A stretch of 64,000 bases of DNA. Source: a bacterium (GTDB lineage Bacteria > RBG-13-61-14 > DATKZS01). The position numbers and the translations under genes were made by a program. Below the pieces are notes generated by a model, which saw only the letters and a program-made list of their open reading frames with translations, was not told the DNA's origin and searched no databases. Below are positions 1-9,829 of the stretch, in pieces; the stretch's first letter is position 1; each line of letters starts with the position of its first letter. The stretch spans positions 288,001 through 352,000 of the forward strand of contig CAXXFL010000005.1 of NCBI GenBank assembly GCA_963674965.2. The letters are read 5' to 3'.

Positions 1-655
1 GGGCCTTGACGTCGGCCAGGCGCAGAGCGCGCCGGCTGATGATCTTCTCCTGCTCGCTTATATGGCCGCCCCTGGCCGACTCGGAAAGCAACATCCGGAG
101 CTCGGCCTCGCTGTGGGCCAACTCCTCCTCGGCCGCTGGAGAGATACCGATGAGTTTCAATAAGCCGTTTGCCGATCCGTTCAGGAGCCAGATGGCCGGA
201 AAAAACGACCAGTAGAACATCCGGAGAGGAATGGCTATCCACAGGGTTGTCCCCTCCGTCCTCTGGATGGCCAGCGACTTGGGCGCCAGCTCGCCGAATA
301 CGATGTGCAGGAAAGTGATGATGGCGAAGCCGGCGGCCACCGAGACCGAGGTGACCAGGGTCTCGTTGGTGACGCCGGCGGAATGGAGCACGGGCTCGAG
401 CTGCTCGGAAACCAGCGGCTCGCCCAGCCAGCCCAGGCCCAGGCTGGTCATGGTAATGCCGAGTTGAGTGGCGGACAAATAAGCGTCAAGGCGCCTGATC
501 AGGGTAAGTCCGATCTTTGCCCGGAGGGACCCCCTGTTCGCCAGCTCGACCAGCCTCGTCTCCCGGATTTTTACGATGGCGAACTCGGAGGCCACGAAGA
601 ACCCGTTAAGCAGGACAAGAAAAAGGAGGGCCAGGACCTTTAAAAGGAAAATCAT
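1..655 (-). CDS. Hemolysin/CNNM (HlyC/CorC, DUF21) family membrane protein, 3' end runs off the window
   Basis: Manual translation from ATG at 655: MIFLLKVLALLFLVLLNGFFVASEFAIVKIRETRL...YLSATQLGIT...LHIVFGELAPKSLAIQ, the typical DUF21 motifs. Not in the ORF track. Confidence 0.85.
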   Translation of the reverse strand, partial: MIFLLKVLALLFLVLLNGFFVASEFAIVKIRETRLVELANRGSLRAKIGLTLIRRLDAYLSATQLGITMTSLGLGWLGEPLVSEQLEPVLHSAGVTNETLVTSVSVAAGFAIITFLHIVFGELAPKSLAIQRTEGTTLWIAIPLRMFYWSFFPAIWLLNGSANGLLKLIGISPAAEEELAHSEAELRMLLSESARGGHISEQEKIISRRALRLADVKA

Positions 656-746
656 GGGGCATCTCCCGGTATCGCCCCCGCCCGTCCAGGGCGGACCGCC
701 AATCCGAAAGGCTTTTTATCGAGCGCCTTATAGTGGTTGAAGTCCA

Positions 747-1922
747 TCAGAGCCAGCAGATTTTCTCGAGGGCCGACCGCCAGATATGTGTGGTTATGAG
801 CCTGGTTTCGCCGTCCACTCGCCTGAAGTACTGGTCGGCCTCGGCTATTCCTATGATGGCCCCCGGCAGGTCGTGGGAGTTGTCGTACAGCTCGAGCACG
901 TTGCCCGGCTTGGTAAGGACCCTTTGACAAGTCGCGAAAAAGTCCGCGTAAGCCCGGCGGACGTCCTCTTCCCGATACTCGACGCCTTTTTCCTGGAGTT
1001 GGTAATAAGACCAGTTAATGCCGTTAATGGCGTCGCAGTTGATGCAATAGGGGAAATCGCCTTTTTTGGGCTTTCTGTCCCAGAGCCCATTGTCGAGTTG
1101 AAGACCCAGGCAGGAGTCGATGACCCTCTCCGGGTAGGGCATGGGCCTGGACTTGGCCTGGTATATCCACCAGAAGTGTGCGGCTCCTCCCATGTCGTTC
1201 ATGGTGGGCTTCTTGTAGACGACGTTGTAAAAGGCCCGCTGCCAAAGGCCGGTATTAGGGTTGACCTCCTTGTCCAGCCAGTTAAGGTACCAGTCGAACC
1301 ACTCGTCCGAGGCTTCCCCCGTCATGAGCAAGGAAGCCGCCACGCCGCCGCCCTCGTGGGACCCGACCCAAACCACGTCCCACCAAATCTGGCGCAGCCA
1401 GCGGTCAAGGGCCTTTTCGTCCCGCGTCATTGGGTCCTTCCACTTGAACGGGTAAAGAGGCTTGTGATCGAGAAGAGCCAGGGCGCCCGTCGCGTAGGCC
1501 GTGGCGTGGCTCTTGAAGTGCAAAGTCTCGTTGCCTTTCGAGAACCATCCCGTTTCCGGGTCCTGGAAAGACTGGATAATGCCCGCCCACTCGGCGCGTC
1601 CCTCCAGCGTCGTCCTTTCCTCCATTTGCCCCGAGACCCACAAAAGATAGGCGAAGTCGGCCGAACCGTAAAGATCGTAAGCCTCGCCCGGCTGATAAGA
1701 GAAGTATCCCCTCACGTCCGCGGGATCGTAGGGGAAGGCGGGATCGCGATACGCCGCCATGTAGTCGTCCAGTTGCGCCTCGAAGCCCGTGAAGTCGTAA
1801 CTTGCGCCGGATTGTCTCAGATCGCTCGGGTAAAGGCCGCCGTCATCCGAGGCGGCCGGAGAAACCACCAGGCAGATGGCGACCATGGCCGCGAATAACG
1901 CCGAAGTTATTTTTTTCGTCAC
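747..1922 (-). CDS. Secreted hypothetical protein, possible alpha/alpha-barrel (prenyltransferase/squalene-cyclase-like repeats)
   Basis: N-terminal signal peptide; repeated QW-like segments (FQDPETGWF, EVNPNTGLW, LQLDNGLW). Confidence 0.6.
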   Translation of the reverse strand: MTKKITSALFAAMVAICLVVSPAASDDGGLYPSDLRQSGASYDFTGFEAQLDDYMAAYRDPAFPYDPADVRGYFSYQPGEAYDLYGSADFAYLLWVSGQMEERTTLEGRAEWAGIIQSFQDPETGWFSKGNETLHFKSHATAYATGALALLDHKPLYPFKWKDPMTRDEKALDRWLRQIWWDVVWVGSHEGGGVAASLLMTGEASDEWFDWYLNWLDKEVNPNTGLWQRAFYNVVYKKPTMNDMGGAAHFWWIYQAKSRPMPYPERVIDSCLGLQLDNGLWDRKPKKGDFPYCINCDAINGINWSYYQLQEKGVEYREEDVRRAYADFFATCQRVLTKPGNVLELYDNSHDLPGAIIGIAEADQYFRRVDGETRLITTHIWRSALEKICWL

Positions 1923-2030
1923 GTCCTTTCCCCCAAGATTGGCCCAGAGAGCGCGGCCCGGAATATTTCGATCATACCACGTCTGACTCGCGAGTAAAGC
2001 CGCCGAGGGCGCCAGGAGACGGAGGATTGG

Positions 2031-2072
2031 AAAAAGGAAAAAGAAAACCGGGGCGATACTGCAAGCCCCGGT
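2031..2072 (-). terminator. Intrinsic terminator downstream of the histone-like gene
   Basis: Stem ACCGGGGC (2047-2054)/GCCCCGGT (2065-2072) followed on the minus strand by a T-rich tract. Confidence 0.7.
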
Positions 2073-2103
2073 CTCTTATGGATTTTGCTTAATGGCCAGG
2101 TTA

Positions 2104-2340
2104 CTACTTCGCCGCCTTTTTCACGGCCTTTTTGGCCACTTTCTTTTTCGCCGGTTTCTTCTTCGCTACTTTCTTGGCCGGCTTCTTTTTCGCGACCGCT
2201 TTCTTCTTTACGGCCTTCTTCACGGCCTTCTTCGCCGGTTTCTTCGCCGCCTTCTTCGCTACTTTCTTCTTCGCTGGTTTCTTCGCGGCTTTTTTAGCCG
2301 CCTTTTTCGCCGGTTTCTTTGCCGCCTTTTTAATTACCAT
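2104..2340 (-). CDS. Histone H1-like Lys/Ala-rich nucleoid protein
   Basis: 78 aa made almost entirely of AKKA/AKKP/AKKK repeats; AGGAG RBS, tandem TAG-TAA stops, own terminator, AT-rich upstream region. Confidence 0.8.
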   Translation of the reverse strand: MVIKKAAKKPAKKAAKKAAKKPAKKKVAKKAAKKPAKKAVKKAVKKKAVAKKKPAKKVAKKKPAKKKVAKKAVKKAAK

Positions 2341-2663
2341 GAATTCTCTCCTTTCCTCTGCTAGCGCTAGTATTGAACTTAAAATAACATCCTATCTGAT
2401 CCTTGGCGGCGGCTCGTTATAAACGTTTTAATGAGTCCTTATGTCGTTCCCCCGAAAAAAACTTACGCAATTCACGACCAAGACAAAAACATTATACCAA
2501 AAATATTCAATTGGGCAATAAAAAAATTAGCTTTTGAATAAAAAAAATCAATCCGCCTCGGCCGTCCTCAAGCTCCGTTTTCAATCTCCCTTGCCCAAGC
2601 CGGGAAACCCGCTTGCCAAGCGGCCGCGCTGGTTCGCCTCCTTTTAGTCCCACGAGAGGCGAA

Positions 2664-3416
2664 TCATCCGGCCTTGTCGGCGCGAGCGGCGTTTTTATCT
2701 ATTTCCATCTTGAAAAACCTGTTGGCCATCTCCGAGAACTGCTCCATGGTCATAATCGGGGCCGAGGCCGCGCGTTTGGCCTCATCGCTGATGCGCCCCT
2801 CTCCGACGGCCTCCCGGCCCGCTCGCCTGAATCCCTCGTATATCGGGTCCATCACCTTTTTGGCGCCCATCTCCATGAACTCGAGCATGGGGCCCATGGG
2901 TCTAACCAGTGCCCCAAGAAACTCGGCCCGCATGTTCTTGGCCGCCGCCGAGATATGGTGGATCATGGGCTCGAAGTTGTCGATCTCGCCGAAGCCGCAG
3001 GTGGAAACGAGCACTATCTTCTGTTTTTCCCCCCGCGTTCCCTTTCCCCTGCCCGGATGCCTCGAGTGCCCGTCCTTGACCTCGATGAAGGGCTGGGCCA
3101 TGGTGATCAGCCTGTCCATCATGGTCTTCATCTGTGCCGTCACGCCGTCCACGTAAACCGGCGAGGCGTAGACCATCATGTCCGCGCGCCTGATTTTATC
3201 GTGGATTTCGGGCATGTCGTCCTTGTGGATGCACCTGCCCGGATGAACCAGCCAGCAGTTGAAGCAGCCCGTGCAGTAGTTGATCTTCTTTTTAGCCACG
3301 TAAACGGTCTCCGTCTGGGCGCCCGCCTCGGCGGCCCCCTCCAGAAAGCGCTGAAGTATCCTGTCCGTCGCGCCCTTGGCCGCGCGCGGGCTGCCGTTAA
3401 ACGCCAGTACCTTCAT
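2664..3416 (-). CDS. Flavodoxin-like iron-sulfur flavoprotein / NADPH-dependent FMN reductase family
   Basis: FNGSPR, CTGCFNC-x6-C, ASPVYVDGVTAQMKTMMDR motifs. Confidence 0.85.
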   Translation of the reverse strand: MKVLAFNGSPRAAKGATDRILQRFLEGAAEAGAQTETVYVAKKKINYCTGCFNCWLVHPGRCIHKDDMPEIHDKIRRADMMVYASPVYVDGVTAQMKTMMDRLITMAQPFIEVKDGHSRHPGRGKGTRGEKQKIVLVSTCGFGEIDNFEPMIHHISAAAKNMRAEFLGALVRPMGPMLEFMEMGAKKVMDPIYEGFRRAGREAVGEGRISDEAKRAASAPIMTMEQFSEMANRFFKMEIDKNAARADKAG

Positions 3417-3630
3417 GGTCTCCCTCCTTTCCCCGCGAAACCGGACCGCGAGGACAAAGCCCTTTGAATAATCGATACATTCTTACGGATCGAATCTATC
3501 AGGACGGCTTCGCTATGTAAAGGCGAAAGAGTCTTTCAGACAACTCGTTCTTGCCTCCTTGGTCCCCTCGATGGTATATTCCTCTCGTGGCCGCGGGGCG
3601 GGCCTACATCTATTCAGGGAGGAACATGAC

Positions 3631-4644
3631 ATGCCCGTTAATGAAAAACTCAAACAATACGCCATGACCCTGGGCTTTCCCCAGTCGGAGAACCTGGCCC
3701 GCGTCTTCGAGATAATCTACGATACCGAGGACGACGTGACTCTCGTGGCCGCCCTACCCGGCACGGTGGAGGAAATAGCCGGACGAGCGGGAATGCCCGA
3801 GGAAAAAGTAAGGGCCATCGTCGACAAGCTCCTTTCAAGAGGCGCCATCAGCCATCCCATGAAGCGGCCCGAGCTTTTGCGAAGATTTCCCGCCATGATC
3901 GAGCTTCGCGACGCCACCGTGCTCTGGCCCGAGGCCCCCCAGGAGTTGTTCGAGAAATGGGACGACCTGATCCAGAACGAAACCAAGGCCCTCGTTCCCG
4001 TTCTCAAGAACCTCAAGATACCTCCCATGGTGAGGGTCGTGCCCATCGAGAGGACGGTCCAGACCCAAAACCGGGTGCTGGACGTGGACGCGGCCAGGAA
4101 GATATTCGAGGAGGCCGACCTTATTACCGTGCTTCCCTGCGCCTGCCGGACGGTGGCGAGAAGGAACGGGAGGGGAGAGGACTGCCCCGCCCCGGCCGAC
4201 GCCGTTTGCATGCAGACCAACGCCTTCGCCCAGGCGGTCATTGACCGGGGCATCGGCGAACGGATCACCAGGGAGGAGGCCCTCCGCCGCCTGGCCCTGG
4301 CGGAGGAGGCGGGCCTGGTGCACATGATCCGCAACAACGTGAAAAAGGACATGTTCATGTGCAACTGCTGCTCCTGCTGCTGCACGGGCCTTCATTTCGT
4401 CAACAAGCTCGGCTACGCCGCGGGCATAGCTCCCTCCCGCTTTAGGGTGGAGCTTGACGATGACCTTTGCACGGCCTGCGGGACCTGTGAGGACCGCTGC
4501 CAGTTTCACGCCATCACCGTTTCGGACAAGGCGGTTATCGATCTCGAGCGCTGCTACGGCTGCGGTTCCTGCGCCGTTTCCTGTCCCGAGGGGGCGCTCG
4601 GGCTGATCGAGGTCCGGCCCGTCGAGCATATCCGCGTCACTTGA
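3631..4644 (+). CDS. 4Fe-4S dicluster (ferredoxin-domain) protein
   Basis: PCACR, AEEAGLVH, CNCCSCCC and two C-terminal CxxCxxCxxxC motifs; start moved to the ATG after the GGAGG RBS. Confidence 0.85.
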   Translation: MPVNEKLKQYAMTLGFPQSENLARVFEIIYDTEDDVTLVAALPGTVEEIAGRAGMPEEKVRAIVDKLLSRGAISHPMKRPELLRRFPAMIELRDATVLWPEAPQELFEKWDDLIQNETKALVPVLKNLKIPPMVRVVPIERTVQTQNRVLDVDAARKIFEEADLITVLPCACRTVARRNGRGEDCPAPADAVCMQTNAFAQAVIDRGIGERITREEALRRLALAEEAGLVHMIRNNVKKDMFMCNCCSCCCTGLHFVNKLGYAAGIAPSRFRVELDDDLCTACGTCEDRCQFHAITVSDKAVIDLERCYGCGSCAVSCPEGALGLIEVRPVEHIRVT

Positions 4645-4690
4645 TATATAAGGCCATCTCGAGCCCGATTCGGTTTTCCGGATAATTAAC

Positions 4691-4708
4691 TTTACATTTT
4701 GATGTAAA
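4691..4708. promoter_or_regulatory. Inverted repeat TTTACAT-N4-ATGTAAA, candidate operator in an AT-rich promoter region
   Basis: Perfect 7-bp arms about 100 bp upstream of the LysM gene; left arm resembles a -35 hexamer. Confidence 0.4.
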
Positions 4709-4803
4709 TGTGATTAAATATTATTGTATTTTTGCGTTTACTCGCGCATATTGAAAGCGGAAGCGAAATATGTTGGTCATTGGCAGGGAAGGAGGCTGAA
4801 AAG

Positions 4804-5400
4804 ATGAAGCGGAAGCTAAGTATGGTCATGGTCGCGGCGGCGGTTGTATTATTTGTTTCAAGCGGCGTCGCCTTCGCTCAAGTGGTTGCTCCCACTCCGG
4901 TCGCGGGCGCGGTATGTTGCTCGGACGGCAAACCGAATATTCCGGCGGGTCAGCAGTGCCTGGTGCTTCACCAGGTGGGTCCCGGCGAGAACCTTCACGT
5001 TCTGGCCGCTTACTATTACGGTGACGCCAGGGCGTGGCGGCTGATCTACAACGTGAATCAGCGGACGATAAGAAACCCCAACACCATCTACGCCGGGCAG
5101 GTCCTCCGGGTCGAGGTCCCGCCTTGTTGGAGTCCTCGTTTCGACCTGCAGGAATTTCTCGCCCTCGAGCAGAGAAGGGTCGAGGCCCTGAACGTCAAGG
5201 AAGAGGACAAGGGGCAGACGATCGTGGTGCGCGAGGTGGTCAAGCCCACGGTGACCGTGGTGGTCGAGGAAGAGGTGGACGAAAAGGACGAGACGGCCAA
5301 GCCCAAGGAGGCCCCGAAAACCGAGACCCTCGATGAAGAGAAGCCGGAAACCGAGGCGGCCCCACAACCGCCGGAGGGCGAGGGCGGCGAAGAGCTTTAA
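4804..5400 (+). CDS. Secreted LysM peptidoglycan-binding protein with acidic tail
   Basis: Signal peptide; HQVGPGENLHVLAAYYYGDARAWRLIYNVN..IRNPNTIYAGQVL LysM motif; GGAGG RBS before ATG 4804. Confidence 0.85.
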   Translation: MKRKLSMVMVAAAVVLFVSSGVAFAQVVAPTPVAGAVCCSDGKPNIPAGQQCLVLHQVGPGENLHVLAAYYYGDARAWRLIYNVNQRTIRNPNTIYAGQVLRVEVPPCWSPRFDLQEFLALEQRRVEALNVKEEDKGQTIVVREVVKPTVTVVVEEEVDEKDETAKPKEAPKTETLDEEKPETEAAPQPPEGEGGEEL

Positions 5401-5474
5401 TGTTTATTATTGAGGCGATCGGCAAGCCCCCACTATAACGCGGGGGCTTGTTTTTAAGGACCGGGAGTAGTTAT

Positions 5475-6248
5475 ATGTCCTTGATTTTCAAAGAAGTCAG
5501 AGGTGGAGGGGACAACCTGGCCTACGTTATCGGTTGCTCCTCCACCAAGACCGCCGCCGTCGTGGACCCCATCGCCGCGCACGACATCCTCGAGTTCTGC
5601 GAGGAAAAAAAGCTTAAGATCAAGTACGTTCTCAACACCCACGGACATCCCGATCATACCGGGGGAAACGACGTTATCGTCAAGTCCAGCGGGGCCAGGG
5701 TCATGGCCCATAAAGCCGACCGGGTGGCGAACGTGGACGCCGAACTCGAGGATGAGGACGTCATCGAGGTGGGCAAGGTCAAGGTCGGCGTTATTCATAC
5801 TCCGGGACACACGCCCGGGAGCGTCTGTTTTCGCCTCAACAACAAGCTGCTCTCGGGCGACACGGTCTTTTTATCCGGCGCGGGCAACACCAGGTTCGGC
5901 GGAAGCGTCGAGGACCTTTTTAAAAGCTTCGCGGAGAAGATTCTGCCCCTTCCCGCCAAGGTGGCCCTTCATCCAGGTCACGACTACGCCGAGGCTAACC
6001 TTCGTTTCGCCAGGACCGTCGAGCCGGACAACGTGGCCATCGACCATAAGCTCAAGGCACTGAAGGACGCCATAAAAAAGGACGAGACCCTTATCAGCAC
6101 GATCGGCCAGGAAAAGAATTACAACCCCTTTTTCAGGTTTGGAAATCCCGAGCTTATCGAGAGCCTGAAGGCGGAATATCCGGACATCTCCAGCGACGAC
6201 CCTCTTGCCGTCTTCCGCCTCATCCGGGAACTTAGAAACAACTGGTAG
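5475..6248 (+). CDS. gloB: Hydroxyacylglutathione hydrolase (glyoxalase II) family metallo-beta-lactamase
   Basis: DNLAY, THGHPDHTGG, TPGHT, GDTVF, PGHDYA, STIGQEKNYNPF motifs. Confidence 0.8.
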   Translation: MSLIFKEVRGGGDNLAYVIGCSSTKTAAVVDPIAAHDILEFCEEKKLKIKYVLNTHGHPDHTGGNDVIVKSSGARVMAHKADRVANVDAELEDEDVIEVGKVKVGVIHTPGHTPGSVCFRLNNKLLSGDTVFLSGAGNTRFGGSVEDLFKSFAEKILPLPAKVALHPGHDYAEANLRFARTVEPDNVAIDHKLKALKDAIKKDETLISTIGQEKNYNPFFRFGNPELIESLKAEYPDISSDDPLAVFRLIRELRNNW

Positions 6249-6292
6249 TCTCCAAGATCGAGGCCCTATTAACCCGCGCCCCGGAGGACCGC

Positions 6293-7726
6293 ATGAAAGC
6301 CGCGTCTTCTAAACCCCGCGTCCTACTGATCAACCCTAATACGCTCAAACCCGCCGTGGCCCCCATCGGACTGGACCTCATCGCCGGCGTCTGCGAAAAG
6401 GCCGGGGTCGAGGCCGCGCTCCTCGACCTTGCGTGGGAGCGGGCGCCTCTCAAGGCCATCGCCCGGGCCGCGGACCGCGTTAATCCCCACTTGGTCGGCG
6501 TCAGCGTCAGGAACGTGGACGACTGCTACTACGCCAGCCAGGCTTTCCTCCTTCCCGCCGCGAGAAGATATGTTCGGGCCGTGAAAAAGGCCACCGACGC
6601 TCCCATCGTTGTGGGGGGCGTGGGTTTCTCCGCCATTCCCGGCCCGGCGCTCGAGTACCTGGGCGCCGACTTCGGGATCAGGGGAGACGGGGAGGACTCC
6701 TTTCCCGAGCTGGCCAAAAGGATCGCCGGGAAAGCCGGTCCCGAGGGGGTTCCGGGGCTGTTCACGCCGGGCTCGAAAGTCCCGCCTCCCGCCAGGGCCT
6801 CGGCCAAGACCGTCGCCGATATTATTCGGGGAGCGGTGGACCAGGGGAAATATTTCCGGCTGGGCGGACAGGCGGGGATCGAGACGCAGCGCGGCTGTCC
6901 GGGCAAGTGTACCTATTGCGCCGACCCCGCGGCCAAGGGCAAGGTGACAAGGTTCAGGGACCCCGAGTCCGTAGCCTGGGAGATGGGCCGGATGGCGAGG
7001 ATGGGCGTAAACGTCTTCCATCTTTGCGACAGCGAGCTGAACATTAAGAGGAGCCACGTCGAGGGCCTGTGTAAGGCCGTCATCAAAGCGGGACTCGAGA
7101 AGAAAATCACCTGGTACGCCTACGCCAAGCCCAAGCCGATGGACGACGACCTGGCCCGCCTCCTGAAAAGCGCCGGATGCGTCGGGATCGACTTCGGGGC
7201 CGACTCGGCCTCGGCCGAGGTGCTCCAATCCTTTAAAAGAGACTTCGATCCCGGGGACCTGGAAACCTGCGCCCGCGCCTTAAAGAGGGCCGGCATCGTC
7301 TTCATGTACGACCTGCTGCTGGGCGGGCCCGCCGAGAGCCGGAAAACTCTCGAGAAGACGATAGGGCGCGTGAAAAAAATCCGGCCCCACCGGGTGGGCG
7401 TGAGCTTCGGCGTCCGCCTCTTTCCCCAGACCGAGCTGGGAGAGTCGGTTATAAAAGCCGGCCCCCTGGCGGAAAACCCGAGCGTGAAGGGAGTGGTCCA
7501 GGACAACCAGGGACTGTTGCGGCCCGTCTTCTTCGTTTCCGAAAAGCTCGGGCCCCGCCCCGAGGCCTATCTTCAGAAACTGATCGGCGACGACCCCATC
7601 TTCCTTTTCGCCTCCAGCGAGGAAAAGGACAGGAACTACAACTACAACGACAACGCCCCCCTCTGTCGCGCCATCCGCAAGGGCGCGAGAGGGGCCTTCT
7701 GGGACATCATCAGGAGGGGAGTGTAG
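6293..7726 (+). CDS. Cobalamin-binding-domain radical SAM protein
   Basis: N-terminal B12-binding-like domain; RGCPGKCTYC. Confidence 0.85.
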   Translation: MKAASSKPRVLLINPNTLKPAVAPIGLDLIAGVCEKAGVEAALLDLAWERAPLKAIARAADRVNPHLVGVSVRNVDDCYYASQAFLLPAARRYVRAVKKATDAPIVVGGVGFSAIPGPALEYLGADFGIRGDGEDSFPELAKRIAGKAGPEGVPGLFTPGSKVPPPARASAKTVADIIRGAVDQGKYFRLGGQAGIETQRGCPGKCTYCADPAAKGKVTRFRDPESVAWEMGRMARMGVNVFHLCDSELNIKRSHVEGLCKAVIKAGLEKKITWYAYAKPKPMDDDLARLLKSAGCVGIDFGADSASAEVLQSFKRDFDPGDLETCARALKRAGIVFMYDLLLGGPAESRKTLEKTIGRVKKIRPHRVGVSFGVRLFPQTELGESVIKAGPLAENPSVKGVVQDNQGLLRPVFFVSEKLGPRPEAYLQKLIGDDPIFLFASSEEKDRNYNYNDNAPLCRAIRKGARGAFWDIIRRGV

Positions 7727-7750
7727 GCGAGGTGAAGGATATCAAGCCGA

Positions 7751-8485
7751 TCAGTTAGTAGTGGTTTGCGAATTGGGGAAACCATCGAGGAAGGAGTCGA
7801 TGGTTTTGAATAACTCTTTCAGGTCCGAAAATTTTTCTCCCAGTTCGAGATATATCCTAGCGTAGTCCAGCAGGGAGACGACGGTTTCGACGGTGCTTTT
7901 GCTTTTGTTATAGGTTTTACAGCATAGGCCGTAGATGTTTTTCAAATCTTCCGCTGGATGGGGTCTTTGCATCATGTCATCCGCTCTGGGATCGAATCCC
8001 ATTTCGGTTTTAATTTTTTCAATTGTCAGTCTTGAGTCCAATTTCTCGAAATGCGAGTACTCCGCCAGGAACCATGCCTCGATCTCCATGATGGCCAATA
8101 CGAATTGCGGAGGGAAAGGGATTATTTCCTGGTGAGAAGAGAGCCTGGTCCTTAATTGAGTTATTTCTTGAAATGAGAAGTTTGGGTATACATCTCTAAT
8201 GCCCACAATTGCCTTGTAATTCTTGGATATGAGGGAATTGTATTGATCATTGATGTCAGAGGCGACACTTTGTTCACCAGTCGAGTCGACTATAAGCACG
8301 TAAAAACCGTCTTTTAGGTTCTTCGATATCGTTTTCAGACTGATCATTCTTCGAGGATAGCTTGAGCCTCCCGTGGCTTTTCTTCTATCGAAGACAATTC
8401 CGATATTTCCCGCGATTTCCTTTATCAGCCTTTCTATGAATATCTGTTCCGTTTGCCCTTCCACGAAAATCGCTATTCTATGCAT
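7751..8485 (-). CDS. TOPRIM-like DUF4276-type protein, putative nuclease effector
   Basis: IAIFVEGQTE at the N-terminus, GIRDVYP, EIEAWFLA; AT-rich; probable start (ATG 8485) immediately after the ATPase stop. Confidence 0.7.
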   Translation of the reverse strand: MHRIAIFVEGQTEQIFIERLIKEIAGNIGIVFDRRKATGGSSYPRRMISLKTISKNLKDGFYVLIVDSTGEQSVASDINDQYNSLISKNYKAIVGIRDVYPNFSFQEITQLRTRLSSHQEIIPFPPQFVLAIMEIEAWFLAEYSHFEKLDSRLTIEKIKTEMGFDPRADDMMQRPHPAEDLKNIYGLCCKTYNKSKSTVETVVSLLDYARIYLELGEKFSDLKELFKTIDSFLDGFPNSQTTTN

Positions 8486-8486
8486 C

Positions 8487-9641
8487 TCATGATTCCTCGC
8501 CATTTATGAAGTCCGTGGCAAAGAAATCAAAGTTGTTGAGGCCGGTGAATTTGAAATCGTCGAATTTTTCTTGAGAGTTTTTATAATTGTAAATCTTGCA
8601 TATGGCGCCCTTACGGCTGATTAGATGCCAATATTCAAGAGGCACCTTGTTCATCACGAAACGGTCGTTGGTGGACATGATAAGCTGGATGTTGGTTCCC
8701 TTGACTTTTTCCATCAGCAGTTCAATCAGAGCGCACGACCTTTCAAAGTCGAGGCCTTCCCCAACGTCGTCTATCAATATGGCGCTGGGGTGATTCCCCA
8801 TCACAAGGTAATTCAAATGAATGATAATCGACAACGCTCGGAACATACCCTGGGACATGTCATGCTGTTCGGTGGGGGCAGCCAGATCTTGTTCTTTAAC
8901 GCTTATGTAAACATACTCATCGGAAGGAGAAGGAAAACGAAATGAGATGGATGAAGGCGGAGAAAGAGATATCGACTCCGCTGGATATTCAATTTTTTTA
9001 AAATCTTCCAAGATATTTGCTATAAAGTTTTTCCCATACTCATTGTTTCCCGTTCGCAACACTTCTACTACCAGATTGGCGTCCTTAGGGAAAAAATCCG
9101 TCTTGATATTTTCATCAATTATGTTCTTCGCGAGAATATCTTTGCCCATTGGCGTGCCGAAATAATAGATACATAAGTATTTACCCCATTTATATAAAGG
9201 CTCGAAGTAACCATGTTGGATAGAATCCCTTCTGGCAAAGACCGCGACCTCACTGTCGGGTGATTGGAATTTATCGAGTTCTCCCTTGTCTGCGCGTTCC
9301 GTATAAAATATCTCTCCCTCTCCACCAACCCCTCTTTTAAGTAATATCTTTTCCCCTCTCTTTAATTCTTCGGACACTACTTTCTGATCTTTGTATAATA
9401 ATGAATAGAAGTAATTATCATCATCGCCTTCGAATTCAACATGATAGTTGCCTGATGCCTGCAATGGTTTTCTTTCTCCGCATACCAATTTTGCGAGAGT
9501 ATTGATGATCGCAAGCGTTCTTGTCTTTCCCGAGGCGTTTTTCCCGACGAGGAGATTAATATCGTTTAGCTCGAATTCCTCAAGTCTCCATTCTCGCGGG
9601 TCGCCTTCATGCTGAAGATATCGGATTTTGTTGAGTTTCAT
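8487..9641 (-). CDS. ABC-type ATPase (AAA_15/AAA_21 family)
   Basis: Walker A GKNASGKT, signature MSQG, Walker B-like ILIDDVGEGLD, H-loop-equivalent STND; AT-rich. Confidence 0.85.
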   Translation of the reverse strand: MKLNKIRYLQHEGDPREWRLEEFELNDINLLVGKNASGKTRTLAIINTLAKLVCGERKPLQASGNYHVEFEGDDDNYFYSLLYKDQKVVSEELKRGEKILLKRGVGGEGEIFYTERADKGELDKFQSPDSEVAVFARRDSIQHGYFEPLYKWGKYLCIYYFGTPMGKDILAKNIIDENIKTDFFPKDANLVVEVLRTGNNEYGKNFIANILEDFKKIEYPAESISLSPPSSISFRFPSPSDEYVYISVKEQDLAAPTEQHDMSQGMFRALSIIIHLNYLVMGNHPSAILIDDVGEGLDFERSCALIELLMEKVKGTNIQLIMSTNDRFVMNKVPLEYWHLISRKGAICKIYNYKNSQEKFDDFKFTGLNNFDFFATDFINGEES

Positions 9642-9829
9642 GGTTGAACCTCACTCGGTTGAGTCGGGTTTGGAATAATTACTTTTCCCATCCAAGCGGA
9701 TGGCCTTGTGAGGTCATTATATACTCATTGAACAAACCGCACAATGGAGTAAAGGCTTTATCCAACCGATGGGCGGCCCTGTAGACTATCGTCCTCTTGG
9801 GACTCTGGCGGGTTTTTCGAGGGCGGCGC

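Noticed and set aside
2092-2422. Phe/Ala- or Arg/Leu-rich plus-strand ORFs
   Set aside because: Antisense reading of the Lys/Ala histone-like gene; the RBS and terminator support the minus strand.
7727-9790. Prophage or IS boundaries around the AT-rich islet
   Set aside because: No integrase, transposase, tRNA or flanking direct repeat was found by eye.
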